Positions 8,495 to 18,115 of a DNA stretch of 64,000 bases are shown one piece after another. How positions within the stretch are numbered: the stretch's first letter is position 1; each line of letters starts with the position of its first letter. The DNA comes from a virus (Duplodnaviria > Caudoviricetes). Location of the stretch: the IMG/VR virus record IMGVR_UViG_3300028392_002123, one strand, 5' to 3'. The notes below the pieces were generated by a model that was not told the DNA's origin, did not search any database, and worked only from the letters and a program-made list of their open reading frames with translations. A program made the position numbers and the translations under genes.

Positions 8495-11400
8495 TTAATA
8501 TGTACCACCATCGATGTTACTTCCTTCATTTAGAACGCCGCCAGCACTTAGAGTGTTAGAAGCAACTACGCGAACGAAGATATAATCGTTGACTTCCGGA
8601 GCTGTGTCAAACACAATACTTGTTACACTACTAACTGTGTTAATTGTGTAAGAGTATGTAGGTGCTTGAATCAAACCGTTAATATACACTTGCGTGTTAT
8701 CAATACTAGTAACTTCGACACCAGTACTGAAGCTAGCTGTTGTACCATCACCAGTAAAGTTCATTGAACTCGCTTGAACAGCAATGTTCTGCGGTACAAA
8801 TTTACCTAAGAAACTGTTCCAAACTAGTGTGTAACCGTCTTGTAGTGCTTGTACTTTATCTACGTCATTCAAATCACGAATACTTGCGGCTGCAATACGT
8901 GCATCTGCACGACTGTCAGTGTAGTATAGATTTGTTAGACCTTCACTGATAGCATCTGTAGTTGGTGTAACAAATGTAAATGTACCAGTACCAGTAGCAT
9001 AACTTAAGATGTTAGAATCGTCAGTTACTAAGGTAATTGCACTTTGAGCACGAGTATTTGTAAAATACAAGTTTGTCGAACCCTCTGTTACATCATCTGT
9101 ACCTAATACAACATCATGTGTTTGACCATTTACTGACCAAACAGCAGCCTGTGTACTAACGATACCAGTTGCTGGATCATAGTCGATATTTGCACCATTG
9201 CTTATGCTAGCGCGAGCGCGAGCTGTTGTAAAGTATAAGTTTGTTAGACCTTCAGCAATTTCATCTGTGTTGATGTTAGCCAATGTAAAGTGGAAGTTAC
9301 CAGTTGTATTATCATAGCTCATTGCATCTGTGTTATCAGTTGTTAAGCTGATAGCAGTACGAGCACGGCTGTCTAAATAATACTTGTTAGTAGTACCTTC
9401 TGTTACATCATCAGTACTTGGAGCACTAATAGTGATAACACCGCTGGTACTATCATAGCTTAGGTTACTCCAACCACTTGAACTAATGCTATTACGAGCA
9501 CGAGCTTGTGTAAAGTATTGATTTATCATACCTTCAGCTACATCATCTGTAGTCATACCAGCTAAGTCAAATGTAAACACACCGCTAGTATTATCATAGC
9601 TTAGTGTGTTTAAGTTACTTGATACTAAACTGACTGCATTACGAGCACGACTGTCTGTGAAGTACAAGTTTGTTGTACCTTCGCTGACATCATCAGTGCT
9701 AAAAGTAATTGAATCGCCTAATGAAACAGGAGCACCTAAAATAGTAATTGAACTATTAGTCAATGAACTGTTTGGAATATTAGCTAGACTGAATACACCA
9801 GTTGCACTATCATATGCGGCACCTGTTGATGTGTTAGCACTGAAGTGAGCACGTACTTCAGAATCATTTGGACCTGTGTATGTGAATATGCCAGTTGCAC
9901 TATCATAAGCAAAGTTGCCGTCGCCGCTTGCTTTAACTGCACTGAAGTGAGCACGTACTTCAGAGTCACTTGGACCTGTGTATGTAAATGCACCAGTTGC
10001 ACTATCATAGCTAAATGAACCATCACCGCCTGCATCAATAGCACTGAAGTGAGCACGTACTTCAGAGTCACTTGGACCTGTGTAGCTGAATACGCCAGTT
10101 GTACTGTCATAGGCAAAGTTGCCGTCACCGCTAACCTTATTTGCACTTACTGCTCGACGATAATCAGCACTATCTGGACCTGTATAACTGTATGTACCAG
10201 TTGCACTATCATAGCTGAAATTACCATCACCGCTGATCTTAGTTGCACTTAGTTCACCGCGGATATCTGCACTTGTCACTTTGGCAAATGTAAATTTACC
10301 AGTTGTATTATCATAGCTTAAAGTGCCATGACCAGTACCACTGTTATCTGCACTTAGAGCACTACGTACACGAGCATCTGTGAAGTACAAGTTTGTTGTA
10401 CCTTCGCTGACATCATCGGTTGTATGATTGCTTAGATCGCTGACTTGACCTGTTACGTTACCAGTTAAATTACCTGTAACATTACCTGTAACATCACCAG
10501 TCAATGGGCCAGTAAATGCTGTTGCAGTTAATGTACCTGTCATTGAATTAAATGTTAGACCGGAAGCGTCAGATAATTCACCATCTGTGCCAGCAAATAC
10601 AACACGACCAGCTGTTAAAGCTGTGTCTTTCAATTGTGTAAACTTACCAGCGGCTGGTGTTGTTTGACCAATTGGAGTATTATCAATAGCACCAAATTGA
10701 GCAGATCCACTTGTACCGAAGTCACCGTTTACATACAAGCCTTTGTTAGTTTCCCAACGATCGGCACCTGATACATAGTTGAATGTTGCATTAGCACCAT
10801 CAATAGTTAAACCAGCTCCGTTGGCTTGAGCGGCACTTGCGGCGCCTTTGGCCAATGTCAAGTTCAAGTCATTGATTTCAACAGTAGTTGACTGAATAGC
10901 AGTCATTGTACCTAACACAGTTAAGTCACCGCTGACTGTTACATCGTTGAATGTAACATTGCTTGTTGTGCTAACATCTTGACCGATTGCAATAACACCA
11001 GTAGAACTTGTGTATGTTACACCAGTACCACCACTTAGCGTATTACGAGCACGAGTTTCTGTGAAATATTGCGTACCGCTGGTTGCTGTTGCCATTGGAT
11101 CTTCAGCTAGGTCAGCTGTAGTCTTTGCGGCAAATGCTGTGTCAAAACGTGACTGTGTGTAGTATAAATTGTTTGTACCTTCAGCAACATCATTAGTTGT
11201 TTTACCAGCTAATGCTGTGTCAAAACGTGCTTGAGTCCAGTACAAGTTCATTGTACCTTCGTTGATATCATCAGTGACTAAATTATAGCTACCGCCCAAT
11301 GAAATATCATGTGAGTTAACTGTGATCTTGCTGTTTGTCAAACTTGCATTTGGAATATTAGCTAAACTAATAATACCTGTTGCGCTGTCATAACTTACAC

Positions 11401-13378
11401 CAGTTGCACTTGTTGCACTGATATCACCACGAACATCACTAGCCGTAACTTTAGCGTATGTATATGCACCAGTTGTTGGATCATATGTCAAATCGCCATG
11501 GCCTGTACCAGTTGTTGCGGCACTTAGGTTACTGCGAACATCAGATGCTGTAACTTTGGCAAATGTGAATACACCAGTTGTATTGTCGTAGGTTAAATCG
11601 CCAAAACCAATACCACTTGTTGCGGCACTGAAGTGTAAACGAACTTCTGCGGCACTTGGACCAGTATATGTGAAAGTACCAGTTGCGCTGTCATAGGCAA
11701 GGTTACCGTCGCCACTGGCTTTGTATGCACTTACAGCTTGACGATAGTTAGTATTTGTTGGACCATCATATGTGAATACACCAGTTATGCTACTATATTG
11801 TAGATTACCATCGCCACTGTTGGCTAAGGCGCTTACAGCTTGACGATAGTCTACAGAAGTTGGACCTGTATAGCTGAATACACCCATAGTGTTATCATAT
11901 GTAAAGTCGCCGTCGCCGCTAACTTTAGTTGCACTTACTGAGTTTTGAGCACGAGTTGTTGTAAAGTATAAGTTTGTTGCACCTTCTGTTACATCATCTG
12001 TACTTGGAGCTGATATTGCAATAATACCAGTTGCGTTATTATAACTTAGATTGCTCCAACCGCTTGCACTGATACTGTCACGAGCACGAGCTGTTGTAAA
12101 GTATAAGTTTGTACGACCTTCTGCAACGTCATCCGTTGTTTGACTACCCAAGCTGAATGTGAATACACCGCTGGTAGGATCATATGATAATACGCTGTTG
12201 TTGTCAGTGGTTAAACTAACAGCATTTCTTGCGCGAGCATTTGTAAAGTATAGGTTCATTGAACCTTCGTTTACACCATCAGTTGTTGGTGTAGAATAAC
12301 TGAAATTACCAGTCAAGTCGTTGTAGCTGATATCGCCACTTGCGCTTACTGCGGCACGAACGCGAGCGTCTGTGTAATACAAATTAACTGCGCCTTCGCT
12401 GATAGCGTCTGTGCTTGGTGTAACAAATGTAATTACGCCTGTGCCAGTGCTATAACTTAAAATGTTTGAATTGTCAGTGGTTACACTAACTGCACTACGA
12501 GCACGAGCATCAGTATAGTATAGGTTCATTGAACCTTCATCAATATTGTCTGTGTCTAATACAACATCGTGTGTTTGACCGTTTACTGACCAAACAGCGG
12601 CCTGTGTACTAATAACACCAGTTGCTGAATCATAGTCAATGTTTGCACCGTTGCTTACACTATTACGAGCACGAGCTGTTGTAAAATATTGATTTGTTAG
12701 GCCTTCTACAATTTTATCAGTGCTTGGAGTTGTAAATGTAAATTCACCTGTCTGTGAGCTGTATGATATAATTGTGTTATCATCGCTGTTAAGACTGATA
12801 CTTTGACGAGCACGGCTTTGACTAAAATATAAATTTGTAGTACCTTCTAAGATACCATCACTAGTTGGATGATTATAAGTTAATATACCTGTTGTTTGGT
12901 CATAGCTTAAAACAGTGGTGTTATCACTGAATAAACTCCAGGCGCCGCGTACACGAGCGTCTGTGTAGTACAAGTTAGTTGTGCCTTCAGGAACATCATC
13001 TGTACTATAAATCATCTGTGCGTTGATAGCACTATCAACATATTGCTTTGTTACCGCACCTAAATTCGTAATTGGATCACCGGAAAGTGTTAACTCACCG
13101 GTCATTGCTTGACTACCGTCTTTTGGTAGTTTTGTTGCAAGACTTGTAGCAATCGTAGTTGCAAAATTTGGATCGTTTGCAATAGCGGCTGCTAATTCAT
13201 TTAAGGTGTTTAGCAAATCTGGTGAACTATCGATTAACTCGGCAATAGCTGTACGAACGAATGATGTACTGGCTAGTTGATTTGTATTAACCGTTTGTTC
13301 TGCTGTAGGAGCCGTTGGCTGCCCTCTTAGGTCTACGCTGTCGATAATCGAACTGGACCTTGCTTTAATTAATGGCAT
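8495..13378 (-). CDS. very long repeat-rich fibre/virion protein (1627 aa)
   Basis: Many TDDVxEGxxNLYFTxxRAR repeats alternating with YDxxTGxFTY repeats; N-terminal LLNTLNELAAAIANDPNFATTI motif; ends IDGGTY. Confidence 0.85.
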   Translation of the reverse strand: MPLIKARSSSIIDSVDLRGQPTAPTAEQTVNTNQLASTSFVRTAIAELIDSSPDLLNTLNELAAAIANDPNFATTIATSLATKLPKDGSQAMTGELTLSGDPITNLGAVTKQYVDSAINAQMIYSTDDVPEGTTNLYYTDARVRGAWSLFSDNTTVLSYDQTTGILTYNHPTSDGILEGTTNLYFSQSRARQSISLNSDDNTIISYSSQTGEFTFTTPSTDKIVEGLTNQYFTTARARNSVSNGANIDYDSATGVISTQAAVWSVNGQTHDVVLDTDNIDEGSMNLYYTDARARSAVSVTTDNSNILSYSTGTGVITFVTPSTDAISEGAVNLYYTDARVRAAVSASGDISYNDLTGNFSYSTPTTDGVNEGSMNLYFTNARARNAVSLTTDNNSVLSYDPTSGVFTFSLGSQTTDDVAEGRTNLYFTTARARDSISASGWSNLSYNNATGIIAISAPSTDDVTEGATNLYFTTTRAQNSVSATKVSGDGDFTYDNTMGVFSYTGPTSVDYRQAVSALANSGDGNLQYSSITGVFTYDGPTNTNYRQAVSAYKASGDGNLAYDSATGTFTYTGPSAAEVRLHFSAATSGIGFGDLTYDNTTGVFTFAKVTASDVRSNLSAATTGTGHGDLTYDPTTGAYTYAKVTASDVRGDISATSATGVSYDSATGIISLANIPNASLTNSKITVNSHDISLGGSYNLVTDDINEGTMNLYWTQARFDTALAGKTTNDVAEGTNNLYYTQSRFDTAFAAKTTADLAEDPMATATSGTQYFTETRARNTLSGGTGVTYTSSTGVIAIGQDVSTTSNVTFNDVTVSGDLTVLGTMTAIQSTTVEINDLNLTLAKGAASAAQANGAGLTIDGANATFNYVSGADRWETNKGLYVNGDFGTSGSAQFGAIDNTPIGQTTPAAGKFTQLKDTALTAGRVVFAGTDGELSDASGLTFNSMTGTLTATAFTGPLTGDVTGNVTGNLTGNVTGQVSDLSNHTTDDVSEGTTNLYFTDARVRSALSADNSGTGHGTLSYDNTTGKFTFAKVTSADIRGELSATKISGDGNFSYDSATGTYSYTGPDSADYRRAVSANKVSGDGNFAYDSTTGVFSYTGPSDSEVRAHFSAIDAGGDGSFSYDSATGAFTYTGPSDSEVRAHFSAVKASGDGNFAYDSATGIFTYTGPNDSEVRAHFSANTSTGAAYDSATGVFSLANIPNSSLTNSSITILGAPVSLGDSITFSTDDVSEGTTNLYFTDSRARNAVSLVSSNLNTLSYDNTSGVFTFDLAGMTTDDVAEGMINQYFTQARARNSISSSGWSNLSYDSTSGVITISAPSTDDVTEGTTNKYYLDSRARTAISLTTDNTDAMSYDNTTGNFHFTLANINTDEIAEGLTNLYFTTARARASISNGANIDYDPATGIVSTQAAVWSVNGQTHDVVLGTDDVTEGSTNLYFTNTRAQSAITLVTDDSNILSYATGTGTFTFVTPTTDAISEGLTNLYYTDSRADARIAAASIRDLNDVDKVQALQDGYTLVWNSFLGKFVPQNIAVQASSMNFTGDGTTASFSTGVEVTSIDNTQVYINGLIQAPTYSYTINTVSSVTSIVFDTAPEVNDYIFVRVVASNTLSAGGVLNEGSNIDGGTY
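9839..10084. repeat. three tandem intragenic repeats, 102-nt (34-aa) period
   Basis: ACTGAAGTGAGCACGTACTTCAGA starts at 9839, 9941 and 10043; encodes YTGPxDSEVRAHFSA. Confidence 0.9.
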
Positions 13379-13412
13379 TTTTTTATCCTCTTTATTGAAT
13401 TTCTAATGAAAT

Positions 13413-13619
13413 TCAGCTAGCATTGTTTTTGTCTATGCTAACAGACTTTGCTAGTTCCGCCAAAGTATTTAAAAGTACCGGGGCCGAACCAACTAAGTTA
13501 CTAATCTCTTGTTGAACCATTTGAGTAGTAGCTATATAAGATAATTCAGCCGCGGTTGGTATTCCCTTTAAATCTATACTATCACTTAGTGAACTTGATT
13601 TAAGTTTTATCAATGGCAT
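13413..13619 (-). CDS. stand-alone paralog of the N-terminal domain of the 1627-aa protein
   Basis: MPLIKLKSSSLSDSIDLKGIPTA...LLNTLAELA aligns with MPLIKARSSSIIDSVDLRGQPTA...LLNTLNELA; GGAG SD. Confidence 0.7.
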   Translation of the reverse strand: MPLIKLKSSSLSDSIDLKGIPTAAELSYIATTQMVQQEISNLVGSAPVLLNTLAELAKSVSIDKNNAS

Positions 13620-13671
13620 CTTTATTATCTCCTGGCATTTTTAAGTTTGGTGCCGCCAACTGTGAGAATAA

Positions 13672-14829
13672 TCATATAACTAACAACCAGTAGTTTTTCG
13701 TTATTTCAACGCTACCGTTGCTAGCAGTTACAGTAATTTCATATCGACTAGGACTGCTGTTTCTAGGAGCAGTACCTACGATACTAGTTCCACTGATAGT
13801 TAACCAACTAATAGTGGATTCACCTGCATAAGCAGGGCTTATTATTATACTTGTAGCATTATTTACCGCAAGTCTAAAATTTATTGCTTCTCCGGATCTA
13901 AAACGCCCTATATAGGTATTAGAGTCTGTCCATTTTGGCTTAGAAGAATTAAGATTAATTAAATTTTTATATGTATATTCATTACCGCTAACATCTAATA
14001 AAGTTAGATCTTGAGGAATATTCCAAAAAGAACTGTTAGCATTAATAGTGTTTGTTTCAATCATTAGTTGAAGAATGCTATCACTGGGGTAATCTATTCT
14101 AGTGATATTTTGATTTCCGATTCTAACTCCTGTACCATAAGCAATGTCTGTGGCTACTATAGATATAGTAGTATAATTACTGATTGTGCTATAACTTATA
14201 GAAGTTATTTTAGGTCTAGGTCTATCGCTGGTTGTATTACTGCGTAAAATTCTTATTTGAATTCTATCACCTATAGCAGGTGCTTCATCAAAGGCTACAA
14301 TATTTCCATTAATAATAGTATAACTATAATAAGGTTCTTGATTGATACCGTTTATAGTTACAACTAGATTATTTGGACTACTAACAGTATTCTGTATGTC
14401 AAATTCTAACGTAGTACCATCTCCGGTGAATAATCTTGTAATAGGTGTTAAAGAATTAATCTGACTTCTAAATTTACCAAAGGTACTGTCATAGACTAAT
14501 ACTTCACCTGTTACCGGAGAAGTAACAGTGACGTCAGTGAGACTGTTTAATTGTAAATTACTGATTGTATTAGTAAGGTTACTATTTTCATTTGACAGTT
14601 GTGTGTCAACATAATCTTTGTTTACTATAATTTGCCATGTTGCACCATCATAGTATTCTGGATTTGCAACACCGGTATCGCCTAAATATCTAATCAAGCC
14701 TGCACTTGCAATTGCCGGGCGGTTTGTTAAATTTCCAGTGGGAAGTTTTAGTGCTCCAGTGGCGTTAACAGTTAATACACCAGAATCTGGTGTAAGGCTT
14801 TCTGCAGAATGATTTACTTTAATGGACAT
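13672..14829 (-). CDS. putative virion structural protein with Ig-like C-terminal region
   Basis: LKLPTGNLTNRP...GLIRY motif, FTGDGTT...INGINQEP...FDEAPAIGDRI module, C-terminal YEITVTASNG strand. Confidence 0.7.
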   Translation of the reverse strand: MSIKVNHSAESLTPDSGVLTVNATGALKLPTGNLTNRPAIASAGLIRYLGDTGVANPEYYDGATWQIIVNKDYVDTQLSNENSNLTNTISNLQLNSLTDVTVTSPVTGEVLVYDSTFGKFRSQINSLTPITRLFTGDGTTLEFDIQNTVSSPNNLVVTINGINQEPYYSYTIINGNIVAFDEAPAIGDRIQIRILRSNTTSDRPRPKITSISYSTISNYTTISIVATDIAYGTGVRIGNQNITRIDYPSDSILQLMIETNTINANSSFWNIPQDLTLLDVSGNEYTYKNLINLNSSKPKWTDSNTYIGRFRSGEAINFRLAVNNATSIIISPAYAGESTISWLTISGTSIVGTAPRNSSPSRYEITVTASNGSVEITKNYWLLVI

Positions 14830-14848
14830 GAGTTAACCTTATTTCAAT

Positions 14849-14856
14849 TATTTATC
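14849..14856 (-). promoter_or_regulatory. late promoter GATAAATA
   Basis: TAAATA core upstream of the start at 14829. Confidence 0.6.
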
Positions 14857-14869
14857 AAAATCTAAGATC

Positions 14870-15103
14870 TTAACTCTTGTCCCATAGTTTTAAAATTGAT
14901 TCTTCAAGTTGATTAATGATACTGTCTCCGGGATCTGACCTGCCCCATTTACCCATTGGGCATTCAGTTTCTGCAAACAATGCCTTGGCCGGCATATAAC
15001 ATTTACATTCATTACAAGTTTTTAATTTGTTTATAAAAGATTCACAGCTATAACATATTGTTAATCTTTGTTCTTTAATTGATTCATCGACTGTGGCAAA
15101 CAT
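14870..15103 (-). CDS. small Cys-rich protein (DUF6171-like pattern)
   Basis: RLTICYSC...TCNECKCYMPAK...ECPMGKW. The start was moved to ATG 15103 because the longer ORF runs across the terminator and the capsid gene. Confidence 0.7.
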   Translation of the reverse strand: MFATVDESIKEQRLTICYSCESFINKLKTCNECKCYMPAKALFAETECPMGKWGRSDPGDSIINQLEESILKLWDKS

Positions 15104-15108
15104 AGTAA

Positions 15109-15116
15109 TATTTATA
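15109..15116 (-). promoter_or_regulatory. late promoter TATAAATA, 5 nt before ATG
   Basis: TATAAATA-TTACT-ATG with no SD. Confidence 0.75.
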
Positions 15117-15120
15117 AATG

Positions 15121-15146
15121 GAAAAGGACTCCGAAGAGTCCTTTTC
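15121..15146 (-). terminator. intrinsic terminator of the major capsid gene
   Basis: GAAAAGGACTC-TTCG-GAGTCCTTTTC, 11-bp stem with a C(UUCG)G loop. Confidence 0.9.
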
Positions 15147-15170
15147 ATACAAGTTGTTAAACTTCCTAGA

Positions 15171-16349
15171 TTATAGGAACTTAACTGCACCCATAGCAAT
15201 GTTGCCAACGTAGTCAGCGGCATTACCTAGAGAAGATGCTGTGTTTGTCAATTCAACATAACCATAACGTGTCATGAAGCTTACGACTGGTTCCATTGTA
15301 GCTGGATCCATTACAACACCACTGCTCATCAATGGGATATATGGGCAATAGAAAGCTGCCGCATCCATTTCGTTAGGTCCTTTGTAACCAACTAAAACTG
15401 GAGCAGTAGAATCTGCGTATGCGTTTACATATACTTTTACAGAACTGTTCAATGTACCAGCAAACTTTGTGTTTGTTGGAGCTTCGAATGTACCTTCTGT
15501 AGTACGTGCAAATGCAGATGTAGTAGCACTTTGTAGGATAGTCAATGCTGTTGGGGAAACAACTGCATAGTTACCTGCGCCACGACGTGTGCGTTGAGCG
15601 ATACGGTTAGCAACATCATTGATCATGATGGCCAATGCCGCGTGTTGGTCACCAACGTATGTAGGTGTACCTGTGAAGCTTACGCTACCGTCTTGAGCAA
15701 ATGTGTGAACTGCTGTACCACTTAAAGTTACTAGCTTGCCAAGAATTTCTTGGTCAATTTCAGCAGTAATTTCTTGTGCAAGTGCGGCCATGATTTCAGC
15801 TTCAACGTCCAAACCGTGCATGGCTTGTGCGTCTTGAGCGGCTTCAAATGTCCAACGAGCAGAAATCTTACGGCTTCTTGCTTCAACTGTTTGCTTCAAG
15901 ATTTGAATGCTTAGTTTTTTACCAACTTCGCCTTCTAAAGAGCTTGTAGCTACTGGGCCTGGGGCACCTGCATTACTGTTACCTGTGTAGGCTTGAGCAA
16001 TGTTGAATGGGCTTAAAGCTTCAGTACCTGCTGTAACACCAGCAGAAGTTTCAGCATAACGAACACGTAGAGTGTGGATTTGACCAACTGGGCCAGTCAT
16101 TGGTTGTACACCAACGATTTCGTTAGCAATAACTGTAGGCATAACACGACGAATAACTGGTAGAATTACTTTGTTAAGTACTGCTACGTTGCCAGACTGT
16201 GTTGCACCAGCAGTTACAGATTCTGTAAGTTGCTTACGTGTGTTTTCTAGAACTGTCTCCATGACAGCTTTACGGTTACCGTTGAGTCCTTCTAGTAGAA
16301 CATCCTTAGTTGCGTTCCAGTTCTGGGACTCGAAAAGTTTTTCAGACAT
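15171..16349 (-). CDS. gp23: major capsid protein (T4 gp23 family)
   Basis: VILPVIRRVMPTVIANEIVGVQPMTGPVGQI, RKISARWTFEAAQD, AAFYCPYIPL, FMTRYG. Confidence 0.97.
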   Translation of the reverse strand: MSEKLFESQNWNATKDVLLEGLNGNRKAVMETVLENTRKQLTESVTAGATQSGNVAVLNKVILPVIRRVMPTVIANEIVGVQPMTGPVGQIHTLRVRYAETSAGVTAGTEALSPFNIAQAYTGNSNAGAPGPVATSSLEGEVGKKLSIQILKQTVEARSRKISARWTFEAAQDAQAMHGLDVEAEIMAALAQEITAEIDQEILGKLVTLSGTAVHTFAQDGSVSFTGTPTYVGDQHAALAIMINDVANRIAQRTRRGAGNYAVVSPTALTILQSATTSAFARTTEGTFEAPTNTKFAGTLNSSVKVYVNAYADSTAPVLVGYKGPNEMDAAAFYCPYIPLMSSGVVMDPATMEPVVSFMTRYGYVELTNTASSLGNAADYVGNIAMGAVKFL

Positions 16350-16361
16350 AATAGTCTCCTT

Positions 16362-17468
16362 TTAATTCTTTCCTATTCCGGCTAGCTTACGTAGTGATAG
16401 TATGTCTGCGCCTGCAGAATGTTCACTAGAAGTTTTATCACCGGTCACCGCAGTCTTCTGCGATACCGAACTCTCGGAAATTACTTGTTTGCTTGATACA
16501 GTTTTAGTAGTTTCGTTGAGGACTGCTGGTAGATACTTGTTGTATGCTTCACGGAGACTTTCGGTTGCTGTTGTTTTCAGCAAGTCTTCCATGATTCCCT
16601 TCTTCTCTTTAGAAAGAGGAGATACCAACTCTTGCATAATAGTTTGGCGTTTTACCGCGTCTTCTGCTATGCGAATTTTCTTTTGAGCCTGAGTTAATGC
16701 CTGGTTTTTAGATTCTACGATCTGTGCTTGTTCTGATAATTTTTGGTTTAGTTCTTCGATTTGTGTTCCAAGTTTTTTGACTTGGGTTCCATCTGCAAAG
16801 CCACTGGCCATAAATTCGGCAGCAAAAGCTTCCATAATCTTACGTCCAAATGCATTTTGTCTGCTCATTTGAATGTCTTCACGTAATTGAGTTATTTCAT
16901 TGCGTAAAGCACCACTGATAAGTTGTTCAGTCTTATTTGCGGCTTCTTTAATAAACTTAGCTTTAGCGTCTGCAATAATTTGCTTGCCTTCAGCAACCAT
17001 TTGAACACGAGCACGAACAAGTTTTTGCTCGTCTTCGCGTAGTTCTTTTAGTTCTGCTGTTAGTTTGCTCACTGCAAATTCTTCTAGTTTACCAAAGTTC
17101 TTTTTCTGTGTATCACGATCTTCTCTGAGTTCTTTGATTTCTTTGGCCATGGCTTCTAGAACAAATTTGTTTAGCAATTGAGCGTGCTCTTTCATTTGTT
17201 TTTTGTAAGCTACTTTAGCTTCTACTACATCGCGTTTGTCTTGTGCAAATTCTGTAATTTCACGCTGAATTGCTTCAGTGATCATTTTGTCAGCCGCTTC
17301 AACAATCAAACCTTTGTCATGTTCATAACGTTGGCTAAATTCTTCACGTAAATTTGCTTCAACTTCTTCATGTAGTTGCTTAACCTTAGAATCCCAAGCT
17401 TCTTGTAATTGACTTGTTACTTCCTCAGATAACATCCCGGTACCGAATAGTTCTTTTAATGTGCTCAT
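16362..17468 (-). CDS. gp22: prohead core scaffold protein (gp22-like)
   Basis: Helical and Glu/Lys-rich (EANLREEFSQRYEHDK, FGRKIMEAFAAEF); lies between gp21 and gp23. Confidence 0.85.
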   Translation of the reverse strand: MSTLKELFGTGMLSEEVTSQLQEAWDSKVKQLHEEVEANLREEFSQRYEHDKGLIVEAADKMITEAIQREITEFAQDKRDVVEAKVAYKKQMKEHAQLLNKFVLEAMAKEIKELREDRDTQKKNFGKLEEFAVSKLTAELKELREDEQKLVRARVQMVAEGKQIIADAKAKFIKEAANKTEQLISGALRNEITQLREDIQMSRQNAFGRKIMEAFAAEFMASGFADGTQVKKLGTQIEELNQKLSEQAQIVESKNQALTQAQKKIRIAEDAVKRQTIMQELVSPLSKEKKGIMEDLLKTTATESLREAYNKYLPAVLNETTKTVSSKQVISESSVSQKTAVTGDKTSSEHSAGADILSLRKLAGIGKN

Positions 17469-17478
17469 CTAGTTCCCC

Positions 17479-18111
17479 TTATTTTTTTAGGTTATCGATG
17501 AACCTGAGAACCTCTTCCTGGAGGTATCTTTGTGCTTTTGAATCATGTCTTACTGCATCTGCGACGCCCCATAATTGGTTACGTCTGCGATCGTGCATAA
17601 CACGTTCGTAGATAGCTTTAGGATATGCTTCTGGAGCACTAGGTTGTGCCACGATGTCCACCGTGACAATTTCAAATTCAGTAACGCCACCAGATTCATT
17701 GACGTTACCGGATCCCCTACTTGATACACCTAGTTTAACACCACTCTCTAAGAGAGTTTTTACGATGTTACCCATTGGTGTAGGTAGGATTTTTAATTTA
17801 CCTATACCGTTGTTTTCATTCATGTACATATTAGTAATCATGTGTGATACACGGTCTAAGTTAACTTGTAGGTCATCAGGATGATCGGCTTCGCCTAATA
17901 CTGAATAACCATTTTTAATTTTTTCGGCAATGTTACTACATGCTCTAGCAATTTCATTGACGGGATAAACTCTCTGGTTTTGATTTTTTACTCCGCCTTG
18001 AATAAAAATGCCTTCCATGTAGAGATCCTTGCCGCCAGAGGCGTTTTCAATCAGCTGGGTTCTAATTCCAGCTTGATCGTATGTAAGGGCTTCTACTAAT
18101 GGTAAGGCCAT
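17479..18111 (-). CDS. gp21: prohead protease (gp21)
   Basis: EGIFIQGGVKNQNQRVYP, GEADHP (His), LGVSSRGSG (Ser), VDIVAQPSAPEAY. Confidence 0.95.
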   Translation of the reverse strand: MALPLVEALTYDQAGIRTQLIENASGGKDLYMEGIFIQGGVKNQNQRVYPVNEIARACSNIAEKIKNGYSVLGEADHPDDLQVNLDRVSHMITNMYMNENNGIGKLKILPTPMGNIVKTLLESGVKLGVSSRGSGNVNESGGVTEFEIVTVDIVAQPSAPEAYPKAIYERVMHDRRRNQLWGVADAVRHDSKAQRYLQEEVLRFIDNLKK

Positions 18112-18115
18112 GTTA

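Noticed and set aside
8477-8499. AT-only hairpin ATTAATCAAT-TAA-ATTGATTAAT
   Set aside because: Weak all-AT stem next to a better terminator; no separate function can be supported.
9784-10146. 120-aa minus-strand ORF with repeated QVQVTLKYVLTSV
   Set aside because: Alternative-frame echo of the 102-nt repeats inside the 1627-aa gene.
6271-12960. Regularly spaced direct repeats as a CRISPR array
   Set aside because: The repeats are in-frame, degenerate at third positions and inside continuous ORFs; there is no repeat-spacer pattern and no cas gene.
2703-14829. Diversity-generating retroelement or invertible fibre cassette
   Set aside because: No reverse transcriptase or invertase in the window, no adenine-specific TR/VR pair seen, and no flanking inverted repeats.
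15104-15223. N-terminal extension of ORF 14870..15223
   Set aside because: Overlaps the capsid gene end and crosses its terminator; ATG 15103 fits the late promoter.
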